Shown: positions 1 to 9,936 of the stretch, piece after piece
Numbering within the stretch: position 1 is the first letter of the stretch
How the letters are laid out: every line of letters starts with the position of its first letter
Assembly (NCBI GenBank): GCA_002352105.1
Contig: DEHV01000080.1
Location: forward strand, 5,231 to 69,230
From: Chitinophagaceae bacterium UBA2791
Lineage (GTDB): Bacteria > Bacteroidota > Bacteroidia > Chitinophagales > Chitinophagaceae
Length of the DNA: 64,000 nt
Reading direction: 5' to 3'
Notes under the pieces: model-generated
Databases searched by the model: none
Seen by the model: the letters and a program-made list of their open reading frames with translations, nothing else
What the model was told of the DNA's origin: nothing
Program-made: the position numbers and the translations under genes

Positions 1-1
1 C

Positions 2-1069
2 GGAACTGTTTACCCGGTAAAAGTAACCCCTTACAACGGCTATGGCTGCGTAGATACTTTTTACGCGAGGTTATCGGATACGCTTACTATCCTGGCCAAT
101 GCCGGTCCGGATATGCTCTCCTGCAACAGCGACCCTGTAGCGTTGGGGACCATTCCAAAACCCGGACTGTCCTACAGCTGGCGGCCGGGAGAGGGGCTGT
201 CCAACCCTCATATGGCGAATCCCTTTGCCGCTCCCGCGCAAACAACCGCTTATATTCTTACTACTTCAAGCGATGGCGGGGGATGTTCGGCAGAAGACAC
301 GGTAATCGTAAGGGCCTCCCATATCGACAATACCATACAATTGACAGGAAGCGACCGGTATTGTTCCGACAGCGGGGACAGCGCGCTGCTAAACGTTCAG
401 CCCATGCGGCATATTCAATGGTTCAGGGACAATGAAATAATCAGTCTTGCCAACCGAACGGAATACAGGGTTCCAAGGACCGGCGTTTACCATGCGCTGT
501 TAGAAAACAGCGACGGGTGCGTGACCACTACAAACAGACAGGAGATTATCATTGACGACCCCCAGCCTGGCATCAGGTACCCGATGGAATATGCGGTCAT
601 CGACCATCCGCTGGCGCTGAAAGCAAGGCAATCGGGCGATAGTATTTTATGGAGCCCCGGGACCTGGTTAAATACCCAGACCAGTTTTACTCCGGAATTC
701 ATTGGAAAATCAGACCAGGAGTATACCATGGAGATCAGGACAAGAGGCAACTGCCTGATCGTAGATACCGTAATGGTGAAAGCCATATCGAAAGTAGATA
801 TCCATGTGCCGAATGCATTTACGCCCAACGGCGACGGCCGGAATGATTTTTTACGCCCCGTATTAATGGGGATCAGGGAACTTCGCTATTTCCGGGTATT
901 CAACCGCTGGGGAAAGCTGTTGTTTGATATAAGAACCGACCAGCCCGGTTGGGATGGAACCATTAACGGCATACCGCAGCCCACGCAGACGGTCGTCTGG
1001 ATGCTGGAAGGGATCGGCCTTGATGGCGCCATCCACCGGCGAAAGGGCGCAACGGTATTGATCCGGTAA
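2..1069 (+). CDS. T9SS type B sorting / gliding-motility-associated C-terminal (CHU_C-like) domain protein; 5' end lies outside the window
   Basis: The frame is open from nt 2 with no stop. The C-terminus carries VPNAFTPNGDGRNDFL...FRVFNRWGKLLF...WDG, the signature of the Bacteroidota type B C-terminal sorting domain. Confidence 0.75.
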   Translation, partial: GTVYPVKVTPYNGYGCVDTFYARLSDTLTILANAGPDMLSCNSDPVALGTIPKPGLSYSWRPGEGLSNPHMANPFAAPAQTTAYILTTSSDGGGCSAEDTVIVRASHIDNTIQLTGSDRYCSDSGDSALLNVQPMRHIQWFRDNEIISLANRTEYRVPRTGVYHALLENSDGCVTTTNRQEIIIDDPQPGIRYPMEYAVIDHPLALKARQSGDSILWSPGTWLNTQTSFTPEFIGKSDQEYTMEIRTRGNCLIVDTVMVKAISKVDIHVPNAFTPNGDGRNDFLRPVLMGIRELRYFRVFNRWGKLLFDIRTDQPGWDGTINGIPQPTQTVVWMLEGIGLDGAIHRRKGATVLIR

Positions 1070-1163
1070 ATAACGGAATCGACCTATCCCTGACCGTCGG
1101 TCCCTCCGGTACAACGTTAGCATAGTTAAATGTATTTGACAGCGTCCAAAAACATTTACTCAT

Positions 1164-2033
1164 ATGCAAAAAGCAGGAACAAAAAAACAGATCCGCCGGC
1201 CGCAGCGCCAGCAAAGGCCCGGAGCCGAAAGAAAAATGGACCCAAGGCCAGTCTTTGACCACCCCGAAATAAAAGGCTCCAACAAATTAAAAAACAAAGT
1301 AGCGCTGATTACCGGAGGCGACAGCGGCATCGGGAAAGCCACAGCCATATTATTCGCGAAAGAAGGGGCCGACATCGCTATTGCCTATCTGAATGAAAAA
1401 GGCGATGCGCGGCAAACCAAAAGCATCATAGAGGAAACCTACGGCAGGAAATGTCTGCTTATCAAGGGCGATCTATCCAGGGAAAGTCATTGCCAGGCAA
1501 CGGTAAAAAAAACTGCCCGGCAATTCGGCCGTATTGATATCCTCGTTAACAATATTGCCATTCATTATGAAAACGAAAGCATAACAACACTCACTACAAA
1601 AGAGCTTACGAAAACCTTTCATACAAATATTTTCTCTTTTTTCTGGGTCACCCGCGCAGCCCTTGCTTATATGAAAAAAGGAAGTTGCATTATCAATTCT
1701 TCTTCCGTGACCGCCTACCGCGGGAGCGCCTCATTGATAGATTATGCCTCAACCAAGGGAGCTATTGTTTCCTTTACCCGAAGTCTCTCTGCAAACCTGG
1801 TTAAAAAAGGCATACGGGTCAACGGCGTGGCGCCGGGGCCCGTATGGACGCCCCTGATACCCTCCAGCTTCACGGCAAAAAGAACCGCGCAGCATGGCAG
1901 CGACGCTCCCTTACAACGGGCGGCGCAGCCGGTGGAGATCGCGCCAAGCTATCTTTTTCTAGCCTGCAATGACTCCAGCTATATGACCGGGCAATTCCTC
2001 CACCCCAACGGCGGGGAGATCATCAACGGATGA
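1164..2033 (+). CDS. SDR family oxidoreductase (YghA/YdaD general-stress type)
   Basis: Contains KVALITGGDSGIGKA (TGxxxGIG Rossmann motif), NNIA, S...YxxxK (YASTKGA) and RVNGVAPGPVWTP. It is collinear with E. coli YghA over the whole length, including the N-terminal extension. Confidence 0.9.
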   Translation: MQKAGTKKQIRRPQRQQRPGAERKMDPRPVFDHPEIKGSNKLKNKVALITGGDSGIGKATAILFAKEGADIAIAYLNEKGDARQTKSIIEETYGRKCLLIKGDLSRESHCQATVKKTARQFGRIDILVNNIAIHYENESITTLTTKELTKTFHTNIFSFFWVTRAALAYMKKGSCIINSSSVTAYRGSASLIDYASTKGAIVSFTRSLSANLVKKGIRVNGVAPGPVWTPLIPSSFTAKRTAQHGSDAPLQRAAQPVEIAPSYLFLACNDSSYMTGQFLHPNGGEIING

Positions 2034-2183
2034 TGCTGCCGGATCCGGATCTCATACGTACGCCTGGCCGTTTGGGAAAGCATCAATAGATGGTAAAACT
2101 TTCGAGCCCAGCGATATACTTATGCTATTTCGATAACAAGGCGAATCACAGGAATGACGTTCCCATGCCTTTCACTAAGCGCT

Positions 2184-2570
2184 TCAGGACCTCTTTCTTG
2201 CGCCGGACTTCTTTGGCGCCGATTTTTTCGCAACCGGCTTTTTCGACGGCGCCCGCTTTGAAACGGTCTTCCTCGCAGTCGACTTCCCCGACGCTGATTT
2301 CTTTGCAGATGATCTTCCTGAAGTTGATCGCTTCGATGCAGCCTTTTTCGAAGCCGATCCTTTTGAAGCGCGCTTTCCCGCGCCTGCTGTACCTTCTTCA
2401 GGCGGAGGCGGGACTTTGGCCCCTTTCTTTCTTGCTTCTGACAAGCCTATGGCAATAGCCTGTTTCCTGCTTTTTACCATAGCTCCGCTTCCTGACCTCA
2501 GCGCTCCTTTTTTCTTTCGGCGCATAGCGCTTTCCACTGCTTTGCCGGCGGCTTTCGAATATCTGGGCAT
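2184..2570 (-). CDS. Small basic protein, DUF6496-like N-terminus with a Lys/Ala/Ser-rich histone-H1-like tail
   Basis: The N-terminal MPRYSK...LRSGSGAMVKSRKQAIAIGLSEARKKGAKVP matches a conserved small-protein family recalled from memory. The C-terminal half is low-complexity K/A/S-rich. Confidence 0.6.
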   Translation of the reverse strand: MPRYSKAAGKAVESAMRRKKKGALRSGSGAMVKSRKQAIAIGLSEARKKGAKVPPPPEEGTAGAGKRASKGSASKKAASKRSTSGRSSAKKSASGKSTARKTVSKRAPSKKPVAKKSAPKKSGARKRS

Positions 2571-2823
2571 AACGATAGATTAAAATATGTGGAATAGATA
2601 CCTATTTGCACAGCCGCGCCAATCATACGGCTGACAACAATAATAAGACCGTCTAATTTTTATGCCAGGAAATTCCATACGCGCTTTACGAATACCGCGT
2701 ATAATCTTCCACAGTTTATCCCGTATACGGAGAGCAGATCGCCGCCCGGGCTTTCTGCCTGAAAACTATTTCTGGCGCTATTTTTTTGACGTATGAATAT
2801 TTATCATCTTAAAACACTAAGTT

Positions 2824-3306
2824 ATGCGACACAACAATGAAGAGCTGATAACGGTCCTGAACGATTTGATTCGCATCAACAACGACCGGATCCTCGGCTA
2901 CGAAAAAGCCATAAAAGAAACCGAAGGAATTGACCTTGACCTTAAAACAGTTTTTAATCGTATGATCGATGAAAGCAACCAATATAAAAATGAATTGGCT
3001 ACAGAAGCGCTAAAGAGAGGAGGCAGCGCCGACATCGAAAGCTCCACCAATTCGGGAAAGATCTATCGAGCCTGGATGGGATTAAAAGCCAGCTTTACGG
3101 GGAAAGACCGCCACGCTATGCTGGCAGCCTGCGAATATGGGGAAGATGCTGCGCAAAAAGCTTATAAAGACGCTTTAGAATCTGATGCTACTACGGATTC
3201 GGAAATTCGCCAGATGATCCTCAGGCAAAAATCAACGCTGAAAGAATCGCACGATCTCATTAAACAATACCGGGACATGGAGGAGCCCGCAAAAGCCAAT
3301 ACCTGA
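2824..3306 (+). CDS. PA2169-family four-helix-bundle (ferritin-like, DUF2383) protein
   Basis: LNDLIRINNDRILGYEKAI ... ACEYGEDAAQKAYKDAL is the typical PA2169/DUF2383 pattern. The size of 160 aa also fits. Confidence 0.7.
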   Translation: MRHNNEELITVLNDLIRINNDRILGYEKAIKETEGIDLDLKTVFNRMIDESNQYKNELATEALKRGGSADIESSTNSGKIYRAWMGLKASFTGKDRHAMLAACEYGEDAAQKAYKDALESDATTDSEIRQMILRQKSTLKESHDLIKQYRDMEEPAKANT

Positions 3307-3357
3307 GGCTGACGATCAATTCATGCTCTCCCATATAATACATGCTCATTAACGATC

Positions 3358-3404
3358 GATGCTCAAAGGCAAACAGGACATGGACTTGTTTGCCTCTGAG
3401 CATC
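3358..3404. terminator. Long hairpin between convergent genes (candidate bidirectional terminator)
   Basis: GATGCTCAAAGGCAAACA (3358-3375) and TGTTTGCCTCTGAGCATC (3387-3404) form an ~18-bp stem with one mismatch, followed by CTTCTTTTG. Confidence 0.5.
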
Positions 3405-3602
3405 TTCTTTTGTGCTCGCTGATCGATATCGTCGAAAATTCCAGGTCGCTAAATGCGCAAGCCCTGATAGAAGTAGCGCTTCAATGGGCAATTCGTAAGC
3501 GACATATTATGGAATAAGCAAGAAAAACGCCCAACGAAAATATGCGCGTGATCATAATGATCAAGCCATGCCGGTTGCTATATGCAAGCAGCAAAACTGT
3601 TC

Positions 3603-5270
3603 TTAGTTCCCTGTCCGTTGTTTCTCCCTGATCGCTTTAAACTCGGAGCCATCCTTCCACTGCGGCCAGTGCGTATCAAAAGCAAGGCGCCTGCCTACCT
3701 TAAACAACCTGCCGAGATCTTGCACGGCGCCTTCCATGTTCCAATCATCCGTTAACTCGTCGGAAGGACGATGATAATGTTTGGAAATAAAATCATCTTT
3801 CAGGCGCTGTCCCTCCGCTTTCCCCTTGCCAATAAGATCAATGCCGCTTCCTGCGTATAAGGCCGGGATACCCGCTTTCGCAAAATTAAAATGGTCCGAT
3901 CTAAAATAACCGCCGCTTTCAGGAGAGGGTTCTCCTACAACATATCCTCCCTCCTTCTTCACCTCCTCTTTCAGATAGTCCTCCAGCTCTGATTGGCCAA
4001 GGCCCACTACCACGGCGTCCCTGGTCGCCCCAAAATTATTCAGCACATCGATATTTATCACAGCAACCGTTTTCTCCGCCGGATAAACCGGGTTCGCGAT
4101 ATAATACTCAGACCCCAGCAAGCCCTGCTCTTCCCCGGTTACCGCAAGGAAAACGATGGATCGCTCAGGCTTTGACCCGAGGCTGTTAAAAGCCCTTGCC
4201 AACTCGATCAGCCCGGCGGTTCCCGACGCATTATCGAGCGCCCCATTGTAAATTGAGTCGCCTTTTTCATCCGGCGTACCCGTTCCCAGGTGATCCCAGT
4301 GAGCCATATAAATGATCGCTTCATCAGGTCTTTTTGATCCTTCTATTTTTCCGATCACATTCACTGATTTATCATAAACAGATTGAACGCGCATCGAAGT
4401 GGAAAAACCCATGTTCAGCGGCATGGCTTTAAATCCGCGCTGATTGGCCTTTTCAAATAAGGCGGCATCCAAACCCGCCGCAGCAAACAATCGTTCTGCA
4501 ACCGTATCTTTTATCCATCCGATCGCATCGCAGACGCTGATGTTTTCTCCCCGGCTATCCAATTGTAGTCTTGCCGCATTGAATCCATTCTGAACCACTG
4601 AGAATGGATAGCCAGCCGCTGATGTTCTATGAATCACCAGGCAACCCTTGGCGCCCTGCCTTGCAGCTTCTTCAAACTTATACGTCCAACGCCCGTAGTA
4701 GGTCATGGTTCTGCCTTTAAAAAGCGTAGTGTCATTGTTCCAAAAGCCGGGATCATTCACCATTACCAGCGCTATCTTTCCTTTCATATCAATGCCTTCG
4801 TAATCATTCCAGCCATACTCCGGAGCAACAACGCCATATCCTGCGAAGACAACCGGCGTATTATCGAGACTGATATGTTCATCCGTTTTATCCGTCCATA
4901 CCACATAGTCATCCGGCGCGTGCAGTAAAAAATTGTTTTTAGGCGTTTTCACCCGTATAGACAATTCTGCTTTCGAAACAATATTCGCCATCGGAACGTC
5001 CTGGGTATAGCTGCCGCCATTACCCGGAGCCAATCCCACAGACCTGAATGCGCCCTCAAGAAAATCCACCGTCATCTTTTCGCCAGGCGTAAAGGGCATG
5101 CGTCCGAGAAAGGAGTCCGACGCAAGAATAGATATATTGCGGAGAAGGCTGTCGGCATTTATTGCATTCACGCCCTCTCGCCTTGCATCGCCGGCGCAGG
5201 AGGCCAACAAGATCAACCATATAGGCGCTAAAAAATATCTGTACATAAGCATGTATTTAAAAAGAACCAT
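3603..5270 (-). CDS. M28 family metallopeptidase with PA domain (secreted or lipoprotein)
   Basis: Signal/lipobox LLASCAG. Zn-ligand motifs HWDHLG, GALDNASG, TGEEQGLLGS and RSDHFNFAKAGIPAL. Confidence 0.85.
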   Translation of the reverse strand: MVLFKYMLMYRYFLAPIWLILLASCAGDARREGVNAINADSLLRNISILASDSFLGRMPFTPGEKMTVDFLEGAFRSVGLAPGNGGSYTQDVPMANIVSKAELSIRVKTPKNNFLLHAPDDYVVWTDKTDEHISLDNTPVVFAGYGVVAPEYGWNDYEGIDMKGKIALVMVNDPGFWNNDTTLFKGRTMTYYGRWTYKFEEAARQGAKGCLVIHRTSAAGYPFSVVQNGFNAARLQLDSRGENISVCDAIGWIKDTVAERLFAAAGLDAALFEKANQRGFKAMPLNMGFSTSMRVQSVYDKSVNVIGKIEGSKRPDEAIIYMAHWDHLGTGTPDEKGDSIYNGALDNASGTAGLIELARAFNSLGSKPERSIVFLAVTGEEQGLLGSEYYIANPVYPAEKTVAVINIDVLNNFGATRDAVVVGLGQSELEDYLKEEVKKEGGYVVGEPSPESGGYFRSDHFNFAKAGIPALYAGSGIDLIGKGKAEGQRLKDDFISKHYHRPSDELTDDWNMEGAVQDLGRLFKVGRRLAFDTHWPQWKDGSEFKAIREKQRTGN

Positions 5271-5279
5271 CGTTTTTTC

Positions 5280-5894
5280 TTATCGCGATATAAATTTATC
5301 TACCCTTACTATTTCATCCACCGACAAGGTCCAAAAAGTAGCCTGTATAGATTTGGATGCTTTCGGACAGGTATGATAGGGATCGCTAAAATCCATATCA
5401 AGCGTCCTATCCCAACTTTTAATAATAGTGTTCCGAATGTCTTTGGGCAGCTCCTCCAGTTTTTTTGTATCAAGGCCTTTATCTTCCAACATCTTTTCAA
5501 AAGCCATGCTCTCTTCCTCATTTTGTCCGATAAAACCGCGATAGCTGAAAGGGAAATGCCAAAGTATAAAATCTGACAATAAAACATCCTTATCGTCTTT
5601 GTTGATCTCTACCCGAACGCCTTTCGTGCCCCTGGGTAAAAATCCCGCCCTGCGCAGATCGGGCTTTCGTCTTTTACTATCCATGTGCTGATACCAGGCC
5701 CAGACAGGATAACATGCCGGGAAAGGCCGCCGGCCAATGCTATCCTCCATCTTATCCATCAGCCAGTGATAACCGAATAAGTCAGGCTTCCCATCCCGTA
5801 CGATATGTTTTCTTGTTCCATAAATGATCCCTTTTTGCAATAATTCGTTATACCAGGCCTCGCTTTGTATGGTCCAAACTGTCATTGGTTTCAA
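5280..5894 (-). CDS. DUF3841 domain protein
   Basis: The N-terminus MTVWTIQSEAWYNELLQKGIIYG and the overall size fit DUF3841. Confidence 0.55.
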   Translation of the reverse strand: MKPMTVWTIQSEAWYNELLQKGIIYGTRKHIVRDGKPDLFGYHWLMDKMEDSIGRRPFPACYPVWAWYQHMDSKRRKPDLRRAGFLPRGTKGVRVEINKDDKDVLLSDFILWHFPFSYRGFIGQNEEESMAFEKMLEDKGLDTKKLEELPKDIRNTIIKSWDRTLDMDFSDPYHTCPKASKSIQATFWTLSVDEIVRVDKFISR

Positions 5895-6021
5895 TTATAG
5901 CAATGCTTGTTTAGCGATATTCTTAATTGCCATCCGCAATGGCTTTATGTCGAGGCGTAACTGCCACGGATAAAATTACGAAAGACGACAGGAATCAGCC
6001 TGCCTTTATTTATCTTAAAAA

Positions 6022-8265
6022 TTGAAAATTCCGTCGACACCAGCATTCTTTTTATACCTTGTTGTACTAAACCCGAACCGATCTATCGTGCGCATACTTC
6101 CCGGATTTGTATTCCTTTGCCTGTTGTGTTTACAGCTTGCAGCGCAAAAAAAGAACGACGCCTATCAATTACATATCCGCAAAGCCAGGTCTCCCGTGAA
6201 AGTTGATGGCAGGTCGGATGACGACGCCTGGCAGGATGCCGACAAGGCGACAGATTTCTATATGATCCTGCCCATGGATACCGGCTTTGCCAGGGTGCGC
6301 ACCGAAGTGCGTATGACCTACGATCAACAGCATATCTATCTACTGGCGATAAACTATAATGGGGCGCCGGGCCCATATATGGTTGAATCGCTGCGCCGTG
6401 ATTTTGCTTTTCTCAAGAACGATAACTTCCTGCTGTTCATGGATCCCTTCGACGACCAGACCAACGGTTTTTCCTTCGGCGCCAATGCGGCAGGAGCGCA
6501 GTGGGACGGGCTGATGTATGATGGCGGGAAGGTAGACCTCAGTTGGGATAACAAATGGCGCTCCGTGGTGAAGAATGACGCCGATAAATGGGTTTTCGAA
6601 GCAATGATCCCCTTCAAGTCCATCCGTTATAAAAAAGGCATTACCAAATGGGGCGTCAATTTTGGGAGAAACGATCTGAAGACCTCGGAGAAAAGCAGCT
6701 GGGCCCCGGTGCCCCGGCAATTCCCTTCCGCATCGCTGGCTTATACCGGCGCGCTGATATGGGATACTCCCCCGCCCGACCCCGGCCCCAATATCTCGCT
6801 GATACCTTATCTGCTTGGCGGCGTCAATAAAGACTATTCGACGGGGAAACCTGCAAAATGGCAAAAGGATATAGGGCTGGACGCAAAGATTGCCATCACT
6901 TCTTCGCTTAACCTGGACCTTACCGTAAACCCGGACTTCTCGCAGGTGGACGTAGACAAGCAAGTTACCAACCTGGATCGCTTTGAACTCTTCTTCCCGG
7001 AAAGAAGGCAGTTCTTTCTTGAAAACGGAGACCAGTTCACGAATTTTGGCTACGCAAACATCCGCCCATTCTTTTCCCGACGCATAGGACTGGATGCGCC
7101 TATCCAGTTTGGGGCGCGGCTGAGCGGGAAACTGAATAAGGACTGGCGGCTGGGCTTCATGAATATGCAAACAGGGAAACAGGCTGCCAGCTCCCTGCCA
7201 GCCCAAAACTTTACCGTGGCCGCTCTGCAACGAAGAATATTTACCCGCTCCAACCTGGGGTTCCTCTTGGTCAACAAGGAATCGCTCGGTTATCATCCTG
7301 CAGATCAGAACCCCAATGCTCCTCTGTATTCCCGTTATAACCGGAACCTGGGCTTTGAATACAACCTGGCTTCTTCAAATAATTTCTGGACAGGAAAAGC
7401 CGTAGCGCTAAAATCTTTTAGCCCGGGCAAGAACGGTCATGACTGGACGCATGCCGCCAACCTGAGATACGTCAGCCGTAAATGGAATATAGGCTGGCAG
7501 CATGAATATGTCGGGCGCAACTATACCGCGGAAGCGGGTTATACGCCCAGGACCGGTTACATTAAGCTGATGCCCGAGATCACGCAGCTCTTCTTTCCGA
7601 AGAAGGGCCCTCTGCTGAGCCATGGTCCAAAACTGGTATCAACCAACATCTTCGACGAGAAGATGCAACGCACCGATAATGAGCTGATGGTTTCGTATGC
7701 ATTCGTTTTCCGGAACATCAACACGCTGACCGTCTGGGAGTCTAACATGTTTATCAAGCTGCTAAAACCGTTTAACCCGGTAAATATAGGCATGGATAGT
7801 CTTGCCGCTTTTAGCGAGCATTCCTGGAACTCCGTTGGCTTGGACTATGCGTCCAAGCCCCAGCGCCTTTTTACTTACGCGCTCAGCGCGCAGTATGGCG
7901 GATATTTTGCGAATGGAAAAAGGTTTCGGATCGGCGGAGAACTGGGGTATCGCTTTCAGCCCTATGTAAGTATTGCGCTCAGCGCCAACTATGATAGGCT
8001 GAACCTGCCGCTGCCCTGGGGGGAAAATGATTTCTGGCTTGTCGGGCCCAGGCTGGATATAACAATGACCAATAAACTATTTTTCACCGGGTTTATGCAA
8101 TACAACGAACAGATGAAGAACATAAATCTGAACACTCGGTTTCAATGGCGGTACAGGCCGGCTTCCGATCTGTTTATCGTGTACACGGACAACTATCTTC
8201 CCGAACCCTTTTTTGTTAAGAACAGGGCGTTCGTGTTAAAACTGGTTTACTGGTTAAACATGTAA
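6022..8265 (+). CDS. Carbohydrate-binding family 9-like / DUF5916 domain protein (outer-membrane or secreted)
   Basis: VDGRSDDDAWQDADKATDFY...YDQQHIYLLAI is a CBM9-like N-domain, followed by a long beta-rich C-domain. The real start is probably the in-frame GTG at 6088, which gives the signal peptide (V/M)RILPGFVFLCLLCLQLAAQ. Confidence 0.75.
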   Translation: MKIPSTPAFFLYLVVLNPNRSIVRILPGFVFLCLLCLQLAAQKKNDAYQLHIRKARSPVKVDGRSDDDAWQDADKATDFYMILPMDTGFARVRTEVRMTYDQQHIYLLAINYNGAPGPYMVESLRRDFAFLKNDNFLLFMDPFDDQTNGFSFGANAAGAQWDGLMYDGGKVDLSWDNKWRSVVKNDADKWVFEAMIPFKSIRYKKGITKWGVNFGRNDLKTSEKSSWAPVPRQFPSASLAYTGALIWDTPPPDPGPNISLIPYLLGGVNKDYSTGKPAKWQKDIGLDAKIAITSSLNLDLTVNPDFSQVDVDKQVTNLDRFELFFPERRQFFLENGDQFTNFGYANIRPFFSRRIGLDAPIQFGARLSGKLNKDWRLGFMNMQTGKQAASSLPAQNFTVAALQRRIFTRSNLGFLLVNKESLGYHPADQNPNAPLYSRYNRNLGFEYNLASSNNFWTGKAVALKSFSPGKNGHDWTHAANLRYVSRKWNIGWQHEYVGRNYTAEAGYTPRTGYIKLMPEITQLFFPKKGPLLSHGPKLVSTNIFDEKMQRTDNELMVSYAFVFRNINTLTVWESNMFIKLLKPFNPVNIGMDSLAAFSEHSWNSVGLDYASKPQRLFTYALSAQYGGYFANGKRFRIGGELGYRFQPYVSIALSANYDRLNLPLPWGENDFWLVGPRLDITMTNKLFFTGFMQYNEQMKNINLNTRFQWRYRPASDLFIVYTDNYLPEPFFVKNRAFVLKLVYWLNM

Positions 8266-8465
8266 ATGCAGGAGCCGGGGAATAACTGGATTAAAATGAA
8301 TAGCCGCGGCTTACCGTGACAGAAAGATATTTCGATCAGGCCGGCGCATAACACTGGCTTGAAATCCATCTTTATCCCCGGCCGCACAATATGCCAGGCT
8401 GAGTAATCGTTGCAAGGCGAATCATTGACGATCAAGTTCCAAAAGAAGCTAAGTTTGCAATCTAT

Positions 8466-8987
8466 ATGCGAAATGTTCTTTTACGAAAAATCTCCCAACT
8501 GGTAATCTTTCAGGCAGCGCTATGCGCCCTGGCAACCTACCTGATCTCCCGGATATCCCTAATGGGGCGTATCGGTATCGCGACATTTTACAAGGAATAT
8601 AAATTCCTCCGTTCGCCATGGCAAACCTATCTTTCCATATTCATTATACAACTGCTGATCATTTTATTGCTGTATGCGCTGCACAAGCGATTTCTTGGGA
8701 GGATAACCATACGTGCATCTGTTATTGTACTGATCCTTTCCGCAATAGGGCTCTGGGCTACCTATTATGATTTCCAGCACACTTTTTCCCATAGGGTTCT
8801 CCGGGAGAGATTTCATCTCGGGTTCTATCTTTTCTGGATCGGGCTCATGATCACGAGCCTGTTTTTCATGATTGCCGCCCCTGCGAAAAAGGAAAAAGAT
8901 ATACAAACCCCGTTTCCTGAGGATCCATTGTCCCCAGGCCCTGAGCCATATAAAACCGGAAATAACAACAATACGGGTCTATCCTAA
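8466..8987 (+). CDS. Hypothetical integral membrane protein (4-5 TM helices)
   Basis: Several hydrophobic helices are present. No family was recognised. Confidence 0.45.
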   Translation: MRNVLLRKISQLVIFQAALCALATYLISRISLMGRIGIATFYKEYKFLRSPWQTYLSIFIIQLLIILLLYALHKRFLGRITIRASVIVLILSAIGLWATYYDFQHTFSHRVLRERFHLGFYLFWIGLMITSLFFMIAAPAKKEKDIQTPFPEDPLSPGPEPYKTGNNNNTGLS

Positions 8988-9827
8988 AATAGACCTGCGA
9001 ATCTCGTTGACAAAGGAAAAGGAAACATTAAGCGTAGAAGCAATTTTAGCATCGTCATAATCCGTATGCTGTATCAGACATTTTACAAAATCGGCATTCC
9101 TTTCAGAGGTCGCTTTTTTATAACCCATTTGCATTCCTTCTTCCAGCCCTTGCCGGTAACGCAAATCATTTTTTAAATTGTAAGTAATGGCCATATATTG
9201 TTCCTCCTCCAGAATGATTTGTTGCACACTTCTTAATTCACCAAACACTTCCAATTGCATAAGCTTTTGGTTTAGCTTCTGCAGATCTTTACTTAACAAC
9301 AGCTGCAATTTATATAAAATATTTCTAATAACATCTCTTTTCCTTTCAGGTGTTGATACGCCTGTAAATAAAGCCAGCATTATCTCCTCCGGCACTTCAG
9401 AGTCCAAAAACATCGAAGGATCCAATTCCTTGAAATCTATAATCTTATACCGATAAAACAAGTTGTCAAAGCTTATCTCCTTAGTCATTTTCATCCTTTC
9501 TTCTCCTATATAAATAACAGCTCCAATCACCGGAATCTTATATTTATTCCAGATCATTGCATGATACAAAAGCATCCGGCTACACATATCCATGTCATTT
9601 GAAGCCTGCCATTCTATATGAAGAATGCATTCTTCTTTTTGAGGAGAGCCTATCTTAAATAACATATCCGTTTCTCTCTCAAGCGTACGCTGCAGTTTAC
9701 GCGGGAGTTTAACGATATCCGATACCTCGACTCCCATAACCCTCCTTAACAAAGAAATGGTGGGGCCGTAAAAGCTTTCCTGAATAATTCTGTCGAATTT
9801 ATTAGCCATACCTCTTTCGGCAGTCAA
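8979..9827 (-). CDS. Rpn/YhgA-like PD-(D/E)XK recombination-promoting nuclease / putative transposase family protein
   Basis: ETDMLFKI...ILHIEWQASNDMDMCSRMLLYHAMIW...PVIGAVIYIG matches the aD...hiEfQs..d..m..Rm..Y core of the family. The gene is visibly AT-richer than its neighbours. Confidence 0.6.
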   Translation of the reverse strand: MTAERGMANKFDRIIQESFYGPTISLLRRVMGVEVSDIVKLPRKLQRTLERETDMLFKIGSPQKEECILHIEWQASNDMDMCSRMLLYHAMIWNKYKIPVIGAVIYIGEERMKMTKEISFDNLFYRYKIIDFKELDPSMFLDSEVPEEIMLALFTGVSTPERKRDVIRNILYKLQLLLSKDLQKLNQKLMQLEVFGELRSVQQIILEEEQYMAITYNLKNDLRYRQGLEEGMQMGYKKATSERNADFVKCLIQHTDYDDAKIASTLNVSFSFVNEIRRSILG

Positions 9828-9936
9828 ATTACCAAAAGGGTGAAATAGGCATACAGTGTTCTAACGGCAAAAAAAGGGTATTTTAACGAGGGCAACAGCC
9901 TCACATCAGCATTTTAATGTATCGCGTATCCGGCTT

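Noticed and set aside
6340-7296. 318-aa minus-strand ORF.
   Set aside because: It lies entirely antisense within the well-supported DUF5916/CBM9 gene. It is Arg/Gly/Pro-rich with no motif, which marks it as a shadow ORF.
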